Of a stretch of 64,000 nt of DNA, positions 42,951 through 53,176 are shown piece by piece (the first letter of the stretch is position 1; each line of letters begins with the position of its first letter). The DNA lies in NCBI GenBank assembly GCA_963745075.1, contig CAVUWV010000024.1, positions 1 through 64,000 on the forward strand, written 5' to 3'. The DNA is from Candidatus Hydrogenedentota bacterium (lineage in GTDB: Bacteria; Hydrogenedentota; Hydrogenedentia; Hydrogenedentales; SLHB01). The translations under genes and the position numbers were made by a program. Under the pieces are notes generated by a model. That model ran no database searches. It worked only from the letters and a program-made list of their open reading frames with translations, and was not told the origin of the DNA.

Positions 42951-45259
42951 CTAATCCTCAGTGTATGGCTTCGGCATATCGAGTCGGAGCCAATCGTCGG
43001 TAAGTGCGAGGAGGGGACCGGGAATCGGCCCTGTCCAGCCCTGAATCGCGCCGTGCGTTTTCCCATTCTCGTCGTGCCAGTAGGCGACGTCGACAGGTTT
43101 GTCCAATCACAATGGCCACACCGCCGCCCCTGGAAGCTGCGCAATCCACCGGCCACAAGCGCATCCAACGCACCGTCGGGCGCGAATCTTACGGCGAGGA
43201 CCCCTTGCACGTCTGCGGAAACCGGCTGTCCCGCGAATTGGAATACACCCGAAATTGGATCGCCCGCGGCGATTTCCTTCCCGGACAGGAGAACTTCCGT
43301 CCCGTCGAGCAACCGAATGCGCCCCATTTGCGCGGGACACGCCGTGCCATTTCTGAGTTCGTCCGTGGCGGGAGTATTTGCGACGATGCCGCGCCAGTGA
43401 AGGTCATCGATGATTCGGGTTGCGGCATCGGCTGCATCCTCGCATGCGCTCATCACAGCGGGCAACGCGGTAATCCCATCGTAATCCTTGGCCAGAAAGT
43501 CCCTGGTCCACGTGCCAACGCGATAGAGCGAAGTCTGATGCGGGTCTACGCGCTGGAAAAATGACACAGTTGCCGGTGTCTCGAACTCGGGGTGATACAG
43601 GACGACGGCCGCGTAGCGTTGCGCGCCGTAATGGACGGTGCCCGTATCATCGACAGTAAGTGAATCCGATTCGATCTCGCTGGTGGGGATGAGGTCCGCG
43701 TAGTAGCCCGACTTCCACAAGGCATTCGTTACATCAAGTCCCACATCTTCATAGGTGGGACCGGCCCAGTTCATGGCGCACGCTTGGCCGAACACGACGG
43801 CCACGGGGCAATTCACGGGTGCATTCGTAACGAGGGGAATCAGCCGCAGGCGACACTCGCCGCGCATCAGGCCGTCTTTCAACAGTTCCCCGTAACGATC
43901 GAGCGGCGACAGGTTGTCCGGATTCGGATAGATGGGATGAAAATTGATGCGGCCGCCGCCGAGCGCATGCGTCCAGAGGCTTTGTTCATAGTCGGCGAGC
44001 TTGGTCGAATAGAACTGGTTGTACCAGACCGGACTGCCCCATTTCTTGGCGAGCGCGGTTCGCGCCGGGAACGGCGTCGTCTCATCGGTCTGACCCCAGT
44101 CACGGGTTGCCGCCCACCAATCCAGGCCGTTCTTCTTAAATTCCGGCGCACCCGGAAACGGCATCCACGTCGCATGGGTGACCACGGCGGCTTCCGGCCC
44201 GAAGAATTCCTTGGCCAAATGATAGTAATGGTCCTCGATGGCCGCGTTCCGTTGACGGGAAGTCCTGAGCAGCACGTTGATCGCGGCTTGGCGTTCGCGA
44301 TCCCGGCCGCGTTCACCTGCGTACATCAGCAGGCAGTCGCGAACGAGATCGCGACCACCCGTTGCCGCGGCGTACGCATCAGCGCGGAAGGTGGAGAACC
44401 AGTAGTCGTTCTTCGCGGGGCAGCCGTCGTAGCAGGGCGGGAACCCCCATTCGTCTTTCGCAATGCCGGCCAGGGCAATGTCTGCGTACTGCTCGATAAT
44501 TCCTCGCTGGAATTCGAGGAGGTGTGGCGCGTAGACCGCGGGCGTCAGCAGCGTGAACGCGGCGATAACGCAGGCCGTGCGGCCGCTCGTGGACACATCG
44601 CTGGGTATTCCGACGCGAACCTCCTTGCCGGAGGCGACTTTGACGGTGCATTGGCGCGTAATGTCTTTAACGGTGTCCGGCTCGATACCATTATCCGAAT
44701 TCACAAAGGAGTAGACACGTACCAATCGACCGGACAGCGGTTCGTAGGGAGTGGTGTTTCCCGTCATGTGATCCCGGAGCACCTCGGACTCAATGGCGAA
44801 CTCCACCTCGTTTTCATCGAACAGTTGCACCGTTCGCAGCCGTAGCATCTCCTGCTGTTCGTCGGGATACTGCTTACGGAACGCTTCTCGCGCCAAGCGA
44901 ACGTCCAGGTCAAGGGCGACATCGAGACCCCGTTCCTTGGCGTACGCCACCGCTTTCTTCACCTGATCGTGCAGTGCCGGGTTCGTGACTTCGTACTTGC
45001 TGATGCGAAAACTCGTGGTGAGCAGGTCGTAGGGCGAGTGCTCGGCGAAGAGATCGAGGTAAGGCTTGTACCCGTCCGGTTCCAGCACGTCGTCCCACCA
45101 GAACCATGCGCCGATCGAGGGTTGGGTCCCTTCGGGCAGACGAATGGCTGAGGAATCTTGTGCGTGAGTGATCGATGCGATGATTGCAACACACACGAAG
45201 CCGATCGCTTTGATGCTAGCCAGCACGAATTTAGTTACTGTGGTTTGCGATGTATGCAC
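42951..45259 (-). CDS. Secreted hypothetical (possibly glycoside-hydrolase-like) protein, frameshifts near the C-terminus
   Basis: Signal peptide; long ORF; plausible C-terminus (VDVAYWHDENG..DDWLRLDMPKPYTED*) in a shifted frame ending at 42951. Confidence 0.65.
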
Positions 45260-45359
45260 GTGAACCCCCTTGGACCTTCTGCACCTGTCCCGGAGGGAAT
45301 TCTAGAACCTGACCCGATTCCACGCAACTCGATACGCCGTCAAGCTGCGTGAGACCTGT

Positions 45360-45388
45360 TTGACCTTCCCGCCAACACAGGGTAGATT
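45360..45388 (+). promoter_or_regulatory. Sigma70-like promoter upstream of the PfpI gene
   Basis: TTGACC-17 bp-TAGATT. Confidence 0.5.
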
Positions 45389-45571
45389 CTCTTTCAACAT
45401 CCAGGTAGGGAGCTGTATGGAGGTGCCTGTGTCACTACGTGTGTTAAGGGACGGCCTGTTCTCACGCCGGGATTCTTCGAGCGTCGCGGTTGCCGGTGCG
45501 GTTGCAGCCGCGGGCGCGCAGCGCAGGCCGGGGAACCGTAAGTTCCGCGCCACGCTGAAGAGGAGCGAACC

Positions 45572-46147
45572 ATGGACAAAGTCTTGATCGTCATCGGCGA
45601 CGCGTCAGAGACGCTGGATACGATGTATCCCTATTACCGCCTGCAGGAGGCCGGGTTCACCCCCGTGGTGGCGGCGCCGGAAAAGCGCCGGTATCAGATG
45701 GTGTTGCACGAGGTAAAGCCCGGGTGGACCATCACGAAAGAGTGGGAGGGCTACACCCTCGAAGCGGATATCGCCTTTGCCGATGTCAATCCCGAGAAGT
45801 ACGCGGGCATCATGTTCTCCGGCGGTCGCGCACCCGAGTACATCCGCGACGATCCCGATCTTATTCGCATGACCCGCCACTTCTTCGACGCCGGCAAACC
45901 CATCGCCAGCGTGTGCCACGGCGTGGAAATTCCCGCGCGGGCCGGCTGCGTTGACGGACGGCGCATGGCCACGGTGGCCAAATGCCAATTCGATCTCGAA
46001 GTGTGCGGCGGCGTCTACGTGAATGAACCCTGCGTGATCGACGGGAATCTCGTAAGCGGCCGCACGTTCCACGACAACGGTTACTACGTTGGGCCGTGGA
46101 TCAAGATGCTTGAAGAGGCACGGGCGACCGCTTCGGCTGGTGCGTGA
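45572..46147 (+). CDS. DJ-1/PfpI family protein
   Basis: SGGRAPEYIR, ASVCHG nucleophile motif, IDGNLVSGR. Confidence 0.9.
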   Translation: MDKVLIVIGDASETLDTMYPYYRLQEAGFTPVVAAPEKRRYQMVLHEVKPGWTITKEWEGYTLEADIAFADVNPEKYAGIMFSGGRAPEYIRDDPDLIRMTRHFFDAGKPIASVCHGVEIPARAGCVDGRRMATVAKCQFDLEVCGGVYVNEPCVIDGNLVSGRTFHDNGYYVGPWIKMLEEARATASAGA

Positions 46148-46348
46148 CGTTTGATGGCCGCGGGAGAACCCCTTCACTCGATTAAAGGTACGCGATCGCT
46201 ATGGAAAGCGCTTGGAGCAGGCTAGCGGCTCCTTGTGGCGGACGCCGTGAGTGAGGATTATCGTTCCGCTGCACCGCACTCGACTTGGCAGACCACACGC
46301 CCGCGGTGTATAGTGATGTTCAGCGTGCAAGGGTGTCAGGTGAGCGCC

Positions 46349-47314
46349 ATGAGCAACATACTGACAGACGAACAGATTGTGTCGTTCTTCGGCCAAGGGT
46401 ACCTTGTTGCCGAAGACGTGTTCCGGGACGCGGATTTCCAACTGGTAATCAGCGACATTTCGAACGAGGTCAATCGCCGTGCCACCGCCCTCGTCGAACA
46501 GGGTAAGTTGGGCAGCACGTACAGTGACGCCGGTTTCGAGCGGCAATTGGCCCTCATCAGTCAGGAAACGGATGAACTCGCGGTGTCCATCTGGAATGGC
46601 GCTCTGAGCGGCCCCGGCATCTTCCAAATGCTGAGTCATCCCCGGCTTCTGGATATCGCTGAAGCGTTTTGCGGCCCCGAAATTATTGCGAGCAGCGTGT
46701 ATCGCCTCCGCCCAAAGATTCCCAATTACGGATACGGCGCCGTGCCATGGCATCAGGACTCAGGATATCTGGAACCTTACTGCGACGGAGAGCTGGTGAT
46801 TACCGTGTGGCTGCCGCTCGTCGATGCGAACGAAGCAAACGGCTGCTTGTGGGTGATTCCCGGCTCGCACCGGTCACCGGTAGTGACCCATCGACTGCAC
46901 GAAAGCGGCAAGTATCTCGAAATCCCGAAGGACGACTTGCCGCCGGGCGAGCCGGTTATCTGCCCCGTGAAGAAAGGCGGCGTTCTGCTACTGACCAACC
47001 GCACCGTCCATGGCAGTTATGAGAACACATCGGACATCGTGCGTTGGAGCATGGACTTGCGCTATCAGAGCGCGGTCCTTCCTACCAATGCCCCTATTAC
47101 GCGGTTCCAGCACGAAGACACACCTTCCGTGTCTACGGGCGTGCCGGCGGCATGTTATCCGCCGGAAGCGGATTTCCTGGTGCGGAGCCGGCATCGGCCC
47201 GACGAAGTGATCCGCACGGCTGACGCTTTCAACGCTCTGCGTCGCAATCACCCGCCTGCCGAAGTAACCAACCGCTGGGGGGTGAACTGGGCCGCACCGA
47301 AGGTGGACGGCTAG
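46349..47314 (+). CDS. Phytanoyl-CoA dioxygenase family (2OG-Fe(II)) protein
   Basis: PWHQD, TVWLPLVDA..NGCL.VIPGSH, VHGS..N..R motifs. Confidence 0.88.
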   Translation: MSNILTDEQIVSFFGQGYLVAEDVFRDADFQLVISDISNEVNRRATALVEQGKLGSTYSDAGFERQLALISQETDELAVSIWNGALSGPGIFQMLSHPRLLDIAEAFCGPEIIASSVYRLRPKIPNYGYGAVPWHQDSGYLEPYCDGELVITVWLPLVDANEANGCLWVIPGSHRSPVVTHRLHESGKYLEIPKDDLPPGEPVICPVKKGGVLLLTNRTVHGSYENTSDIVRWSMDLRYQSAVLPTNAPITRFQHEDTPSVSTGVPAACYPPEADFLVRSRHRPDEVIRTADAFNALRRNHPPAEVTNRWGVNWAAPKVDG

Positions 47315-47740
47315 TCACGGACAGTGGAAGACCTCTTCCATGGACGCCCACCACTCGCCTTCTTTGCGGTGCTTTACGGCGAACTGGCAGGGGTCGGTTT
47401 CCTTCCACCACTTCTGTGTCACGGGGTCGGCGGCCATTTTCGCCATGTCGGCGTCGATATCCTTGCCCGTGTATTCAAAGTAACTAAAGAGGTAGAACTT
47501 GTCGTCATCGAGCTGATGAAGATAGATCGAATAGTTGCGGATGTTGCATTCCTCGATCTTCTTCAGGACTTCCGGCCACGCGTTCGCGTGCAGCTTTTTG
47601 TAGTACTCGATTTTGTCGGCCTTTAGACCGATCACGCTGCCGAAGCGCTGCACCTCGGGTGCTGCCTCCACGCTGTGGTACAGACAAGCCACAGCAAAGA
47701 ATGCGACCGGAATAGAAACTCCAATGGCGATTTTACGCAT
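47315..47740 (-). CDS. L-rhamnose mutarotase family protein with N-terminal signal peptide
   Basis: YKKLHANAWPEV..IRNYSIY..LFSYFEY..TQKWW..EEVFH. Confidence 0.85.
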   Translation of the reverse strand: MRKIAIGVSIPVAFFAVACLYHSVEAAPEVQRFGSVIGLKADKIEYYKKLHANAWPEVLKKIEECNIRNYSIYLHQLDDDKFYLFSYFEYTGKDIDADMAKMAADPVTQKWWKETDPCQFAVKHRKEGEWWASMEEVFHCP

Positions 47741-47795
47741 AGTTCCGGCTCCCTCTTTATCGGCCCAACAAAGAATCCAGCTTTATGCGAGAACT

Positions 47796-48027
47796 CTTTG
47801 GAGTGCGGCCGCTTGCGGCTGCTTTTCTTTAACCGATCATGTCTCACCCAACTTTAGCCGCGCCACTCCATACGCAGCAACATATGAGACTCTACACAAA
47901 TCCAAAGGCAAGCGCGCGATCCGGAGCAAGCGCGACTCGTGCTTCGCCCGGAGTTACGTGTCACGCAAGTCTTCGGGCCACCGCGATGTACTTAAGAAAA
48001 GCAGCCGCAAGCGGCCGCACTCCAAAG
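47796..48027. repeat. REP-like inverted doublet (CTTTGGAGTGCGGCCGCTTGCGGCTGCTTTTCTT)
   Basis: 34-bp arm 47796-47829 and reverse complement 47994-48027. Confidence 0.85.
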
Positions 48028-48082
48028 CGTCACCGCCAGAAGGCGTACCCCGAATCGCGTTGCGGTGTATATCGCACAGCGG

Positions 48083-49693
48083 TCAACGGAATATCACGTA
48101 TAACCCCACCATCACGAGACACAATACGGCTGCGACGACATGATAACTTTCAAAATCCCGGCCCGCCTCGCGCCGGAACGGGGCCAAGGGGCTCGACCAC
48201 GTCAAGGCCGCCCGCTGCTCCGAAGGCGCGTCCGGCGACAGGATCGAAACCGGAATCATGATGGCGCTGCACAACACCGCCAGGTAAAACCCCGCCATCA
48301 TGAACGGCACGCTCCATCCGGTCGTTTCCTTGAACCAATCGAGGAGAAAGACGGTAAACCCGAGCGCGGATCCGGCGATGAGTGTAACTATCGCGCCTTT
48401 TGCCGAAGCGCCGCGCCAGAAGACGCCCAGCACGAACACCACGGTGATGGGCGGCGCGATGTAGCAGATCGCGGCGTTGATACCCTGGAACACGGAGGGG
48501 TAACGCCCGAGCCATGGTGACCACAAAACCGCCAGGATCAATCCGACGAGGGTGGCCCATCGTCCGACCCGCACTAGGGCTTCATCGTTTGCGTCCGGAT
48601 AGAAGCGGCGATAGATATCGTGGGAGAATAGCGTTGCCGCCGAATTTAGCGCACCGGATACGGTGCTCATCAATGCCGCCAACAGAGCCGCGGCCACCAG
48701 GCCCCGCAAGCCGGCCGGCAACAAGTGGCTGATCATGAAGGCGTACACCTGTTCCGAATTCTCGAGCGTGTCCGGCAGATTCCCCTGCTTGATCAGCGCC
48801 GCACAGATTAGGCCGGGCAGGACGAAGATGAAAACGGGCAGGATCTTGATGAACCCGGCGAACAAGGGTCCCAGCCGCGCCTGCCGTTCGTCCTTCGCGC
48901 CGAGTACCCGCTGCACGATGGTCTGATCCGTGCACCAGTACCAGATGCCGATGACGGGATACCCGAGAAAGACCGAGTACCACGGCAGCCCCGACGCATC
49001 GCCGGCCGGCCGCAGCATGGTCAATTGGTGCGGATCGATGGTCTCGGTAATGCCAGCCCAGCCGCCCGCGCGGTAATAGGCCGTCGCGGTCAGGATGATT
49101 GCCCCGAGTACCAGGATGACCGTTTGGACCGATTCGGTGATTACCACGGCCATCAGGCCGCCGACGATTGTATACGTTCCCGTCACGATGGCGACAAGAA
49201 TGATGCTGGTCATTTTGCCGATGCCGAACAGGCCTTCCAGCACAACGGCCCCGGCATAGAAGGTGAATCCAATGTGGATGAAGATCGCGGATACGATGGA
49301 CATCAGCGTCAGCCAGTCCCGGCTCGCGCGGCTGTAGCGGCGTTCGAGGAACTCCGGGAGCGTCGACACGCGCGTGCGAATGTAGAACGGCGCGAAGAAG
49401 AGGGCCAAAATGATGAGGGTGAACCCGGCCATCCACTCGAAGTTGCCGTAGGCCAGCCCGTTCGTATATCCCTCCTGGGCTAGGCTGACGAGGTGGACCG
49501 TCGAGATGTTGGTGGCGAATAGGGCCAACCCAATGACCGGCCAACGCAAGCTGCGACCCGCCAGAAAGAAGCCCGTATCCCGGTCATCGCCGCGACGGCG
49601 GAGTCCCGCCCACAGGCCCAAACCTACGATACCGATCAGATATGTGGCGAGGACCGTGAGGTCCAGCATTCCGAGACTGCCCGGAGTATCCAT
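48083..49693 (-). CDS. Sodium:solute symporter (SSS, sugar-type)
   Basis: FFLAGRSL, LFATNIS, WYWCTDQTIVQRVLGAK, AALMST motifs. Confidence 0.92.
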   Translation of the reverse strand: MDTPGSLGMLDLTVLATYLIGIVGLGLWAGLRRRGDDRDTGFFLAGRSLRWPVIGLALFATNISTVHLVSLAQEGYTNGLAYGNFEWMAGFTLIILALFFAPFYIRTRVSTLPEFLERRYSRASRDWLTLMSIVSAIFIHIGFTFYAGAVVLEGLFGIGKMTSIILVAIVTGTYTIVGGLMAVVITESVQTVILVLGAIILTATAYYRAGGWAGITETIDPHQLTMLRPAGDASGLPWYSVFLGYPVIGIWYWCTDQTIVQRVLGAKDERQARLGPLFAGFIKILPVFIFVLPGLICAALIKQGNLPDTLENSEQVYAFMISHLLPAGLRGLVAAALLAALMSTVSGALNSAATLFSHDIYRRFYPDANDEALVRVGRWATLVGLILAVLWSPWLGRYPSVFQGINAAICYIAPPITVVFVLGVFWRGASAKGAIVTLIAGSALGFTVFLLDWFKETTGWSVPFMMAGFYLAVLCSAIMIPVSILSPDAPSEQRAALTWSSPLAPFRREAGRDFESYHVVAAVLCLVMVGLYVIFR

Positions 49694-49879
49694 GGAACAA
49701 CCCCCTCCCGCCCAACAAATCCGGCCCACACGATACCACAATCGGCCTTTGATCCGGATAGTTTTGCGCCGTGTGAAATCCCGTGTGTGCTACGATGGGC
49801 CAAGGTGCGCGGAGCATGTTTGCGCGAGACATAGGTGGTCAATCTTGCACGGCTGATACAACCTGTTGGGAGTTTTGCG

Positions 49880-52800
49880 ATGAGACTTTTCCCAATTCTG
49901 CTTGTCTCTGCTTGTATTTGCGCATATGCGCAAACTCCCATTCCGAATTCGGATACCGTAAACTGCTATACGCCGGTTGACGGCGGATGGCACCTGCGCG
50001 TATCGGGCACGAACCAAGTTCCCGCGCTCTCGCCGGAGTCGGCAATCGGTGTCGTCCAGGACAATCCGCGGCTGCATCGGCGTCCTCTGTTTCCACCGGC
50101 CGACCGGTCGCTCATCTGGAACGAAGACCAACGTGAGAAGCTTCAGCGGTACGGATTCCGTCCTCTGGTTTTGGCCTACGTCGAGCCGCGGTTTTTGTTC
50201 GACTTTCATTCCGCGGGCGGGTTGTTGGGACATCTGCGGCTGGGATTGATCAAAGACAATACGTCGAAATGGCTGGACGAATGGTCTGAGATCGACGTGC
50301 AGTACGTCGACGGCAGTATGGACTACGTCATTCACGATCCGGAGTTCCCGGACATTTCTGTTGCGTTGTCTGCGGTGCCCTTGGCCAACAGTGCGGGCTT
50401 AATCCTCCGCATCACCGTTACAGGCGGCGAAGGGTGCGAACTCGTGTGGACCTATGGCGGCGCATCGGCCTTCTCTACAAACTACGCGATGACGGCCCCG
50501 GAGTTCTCATTCACGCCGAAACAATGTGCGAAGGACGAGTGGACCCTGGACGGTCACGTCTTCACGCTGCGCCGTGCGTTCGACAAGGATGACGTTTACA
50601 TGAACGAAGTCTTCGCGGCCGCGCGGTATCTGGACGATTGGGTCGCGACAATTCAGGCCGGCAGCGATTGGCGCGGGCAGACTGGTTTGGGCGATCCCGC
50701 AGCATTCGTCAAATCGCCGACGGACTTGGTGAAGGCTACGGAATGGCACGAGAATACCGCCTCGGGGAAGAATCGAGTGGCCGTCGAGCGGGTCAAACTC
50801 ACCAAGGACGAAACTCGCGTGCACGTGGTCGCCGGCATGGGCGGAAACGTTGCCGAAGCGATCGAACATCCAAAAAGGGCCATGGACGCGGCGCTGAAGC
50901 GTAATGCGAATATCGCCGATCGAGTTCGAATTCAGACTCCTGACCCTTACCTTAATGCTGCGATGACCATGATGGCGTTCTCGACCGAGGGGACGTGGGG
51001 CGACACGGCGATACTTCATGGCGCGTGGTCCTGGCGTTTCGCCTACCTCGGTTGGCGGGGCTGGTACGGCCCAATGTGCTACGGCTGGACGGATCGCATT
51101 CGCGAGTCTATCGAAAACCACACCACGCTCGGCCTCGTCAAGGAAGGCCCCGATATGGGCGCGCTGGGTTCCTTGCTCGAATACGAGCCCGGCGTCTTCT
51201 ACAACATGAACGAGGTGTTTCTTGACCAAACACGGAAGTACTACGAGTACACCGGCGACGTAGAGTTGATGCGCCGGATCCTTCCCATCCTGCAAGGAAT
51301 CCTCGCGTGGGAGGATCGGCGATTGCAGCCGAAGGGCGAGTCGCTTTACGAAAACAGCCTCAACACGTGGATCAGTGATTCGCACTGGTACATCGGCGGT
51401 CAGTGCACGCAGGCCTCCGCGTACATGCTGAACGCCAATCGGTTCGTCGGCGATTTGGCGGAGCGGCTGGGTGAAGACCCCACGCCGTATCGGCAACGTG
51501 CCGACCAGATTCGTGCCGCAATGCAGGAGAAACTCTGGATGCCCGATCGCGGTGTGTTTGCGGAGTATCTCGATACGCGTGGCCATCAGATGCTGCACAC
51601 GGAGCCGGAGCTGCCGACCATCTATCACTCCGCGGAATTCGGGGCCGCCGATCCTCGGCAGATCGTTCATATGCTGCAATGGGTGGATGCGAATCTGAAG
51701 GTGGAAACGACTCCCGGTGGGGGCAAGCTGGTGTGGAGTTCCAACTGGTATCCCAACCACGCCCGTAGCTACACGCACAGCACCCACGAACTCGCATATG
51801 CCGAAGATCTGAATCTTGCGCTGACGAATTACCTTGCCGGGCGGGCCGATGACGCGTACGCCATTCTTCGTGGCGTTCTGTGCGGCATCTACAATGGCCC
51901 AACGCCCGGTGGTCTGGCTTGCCACACCTATGTCGATGGCCGCCAGCGCGCAAATGACGAGTTCGCCGACGCCATCAGCATGTGGGGCCGTGCCGTCGTG
52001 GAAGGGCTGTTCGGCATCGTTCCAAATCGCCCCAAGGGATATGTCACGCTCAGTCCCCAGTTCCCCTCGGATTGGTCCGATGCGTCGATTACATCGCCAG
52101 CGCTTTCGTACACGTGGCATCGGGGCGGGGGAGTGGCGACCATCGAATGGTCGTCGCCGGTTGAAACGTCGATACATCTCCGTTTGCCACTTTCGTCGGA
52201 ATCCGTAGATGAAGCATCGATCGACGGCAAACCGATACAGGTTTCTGTCGAGCCCGGCTATGCGGGTGTTAATTGGGCGTGTTTAATTACTCCCGTCGGC
52301 AAGTCCGGGACAATTCGCGTGACGTATACGCCGGAAACGATCGCTACCATTCCTCCTGCGCCGCAGTGCGAGGAAAGGTATCCTGTACGCGACACGTGGT
52401 CGCCGCCGGGGGAAGCGGGCAAGGACCTCGCCCATTGGACCATCATCGATCTCGCAGACACTTTCAATGCGCGTGTGACAGAAGTGCTTCCCCGCGTGAC
52501 CGAGAAGGCCGTGGCGCCCGAAATGCCCGCGAGTCAAGTGGGGTTCGGTTATTGGAAACAGCATCTGCTCCAGTACCACGGCAGCCGCAACCAGGAAATC
52601 AGCGACGCGGCCTGGCGCAATAAGGTTGGCGAGGACGGAATAGCCTGGGTCACGGACGGCATCCCGTTCAAAACCTCCAAAGACGGCCCGAACATCGGTG
52701 TTGTCTCCCGGGCCGGTGGGTTCCCCGAAACGTTGACCATCCCCGTCGCCGCGAAGGGTCAGGCGCTTTACCTCATGCTCAGCGGCATGACGTTTCCCGT

Positions 52801-53134
52801 GCAAAGTCACGTCGTCAACTTGCGCATTACGCTCGATTACGCGGACGGTGAGTCCGTCGTGCGCGATCTCGTCAACCCCTTTGATATCGGCGATTGCTGG
52901 AGCACCTGGTGCGGCCGCTATCACGACTGCACCGCAAACGGCTTCGAAAACATCGGCGGCCGGACTGGTACCGCCGGTTCCATCGAAGTCGACGACCTGA
53001 CCCAACCCATCGCGCTCGACACCGAGGCCCAACTGCTTCGCTTTGACCTCCGGCCGGAAGTCGAATTGAAATCGTTTACCATCGAAGCCTACGCCAACGA
53101 CATCATCTTCGGCATCATGGGGGCGAGTGTTTAA
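49880..53134 (+). CDS. Secreted DUF4450-like six-hairpin glycosidase-like protein
   Basis: Signal peptide; TPDPYLN..HGAWSWR..LGWRGWYG, YNMNEVF, WISDSHWY; family assignment from memory. Confidence 0.7.
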   Translation: MRLFPILLVSACICAYAQTPIPNSDTVNCYTPVDGGWHLRVSGTNQVPALSPESAIGVVQDNPRLHRRPLFPPADRSLIWNEDQREKLQRYGFRPLVLAYVEPRFLFDFHSAGGLLGHLRLGLIKDNTSKWLDEWSEIDVQYVDGSMDYVIHDPEFPDISVALSAVPLANSAGLILRITVTGGEGCELVWTYGGASAFSTNYAMTAPEFSFTPKQCAKDEWTLDGHVFTLRRAFDKDDVYMNEVFAAARYLDDWVATIQAGSDWRGQTGLGDPAAFVKSPTDLVKATEWHENTASGKNRVAVERVKLTKDETRVHVVAGMGGNVAEAIEHPKRAMDAALKRNANIADRVRIQTPDPYLNAAMTMMAFSTEGTWGDTAILHGAWSWRFAYLGWRGWYGPMCYGWTDRIRESIENHTTLGLVKEGPDMGALGSLLEYEPGVFYNMNEVFLDQTRKYYEYTGDVELMRRILPILQGILAWEDRRLQPKGESLYENSLNTWISDSHWYIGGQCTQASAYMLNANRFVGDLAERLGEDPTPYRQRADQIRAAMQEKLWMPDRGVFAEYLDTRGHQMLHTEPELPTIYHSAEFGAADPRQIVHMLQWVDANLKVETTPGGGKLVWSSNWYPNHARSYTHSTHELAYAEDLNLALTNYLAGRADDAYAILRGVLCGIYNGPTPGGLACHTYVDGRQRANDEFADAISMWGRAVVEGLFGIVPNRPKGYVTLSPQFPSDWSDASITSPALSYTWHRGGGVATIEWSSPVETSIHLRLPLSSESVDEASIDGKPIQVSVEPGYAGVNWACLITPVGKSGTIRVTYTPETIATIPPAPQCEERYPVRDTWSPPGEAGKDLAHWTIIDLADTFNARVTEVLPRVTEKAVAPEMPASQVGFGYWKQHLLQYHGSRNQEISDAAWRNKVGEDGIAWVTDGIPFKTSKDGPNIGVVSRAGGFPETLTIPVAAKGQALYLMLSGMTFPVQSHVVNLRITLDYADGESVVRDLVNPFDIGDCWSTWCGRYHDCTANGFENIGGRTGTAGSIEVDDLTQPIALDTEAQLLRFDLRPEVELKSFTIEAYANDIIFGIMGASV

Positions 53135-53176
53135 AATTAGTGGGTTGTCGCGGCTTTTGAAGACGGAGAATCGCGT

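Noticed and set aside
45390..45570. Cobalamin riboswitch in the PfpI leader
   Set aside because: Only a weak GGTG..TTAAGGGGA resemblance; I could not find the conserved core motifs. An Rfam scan would decide.
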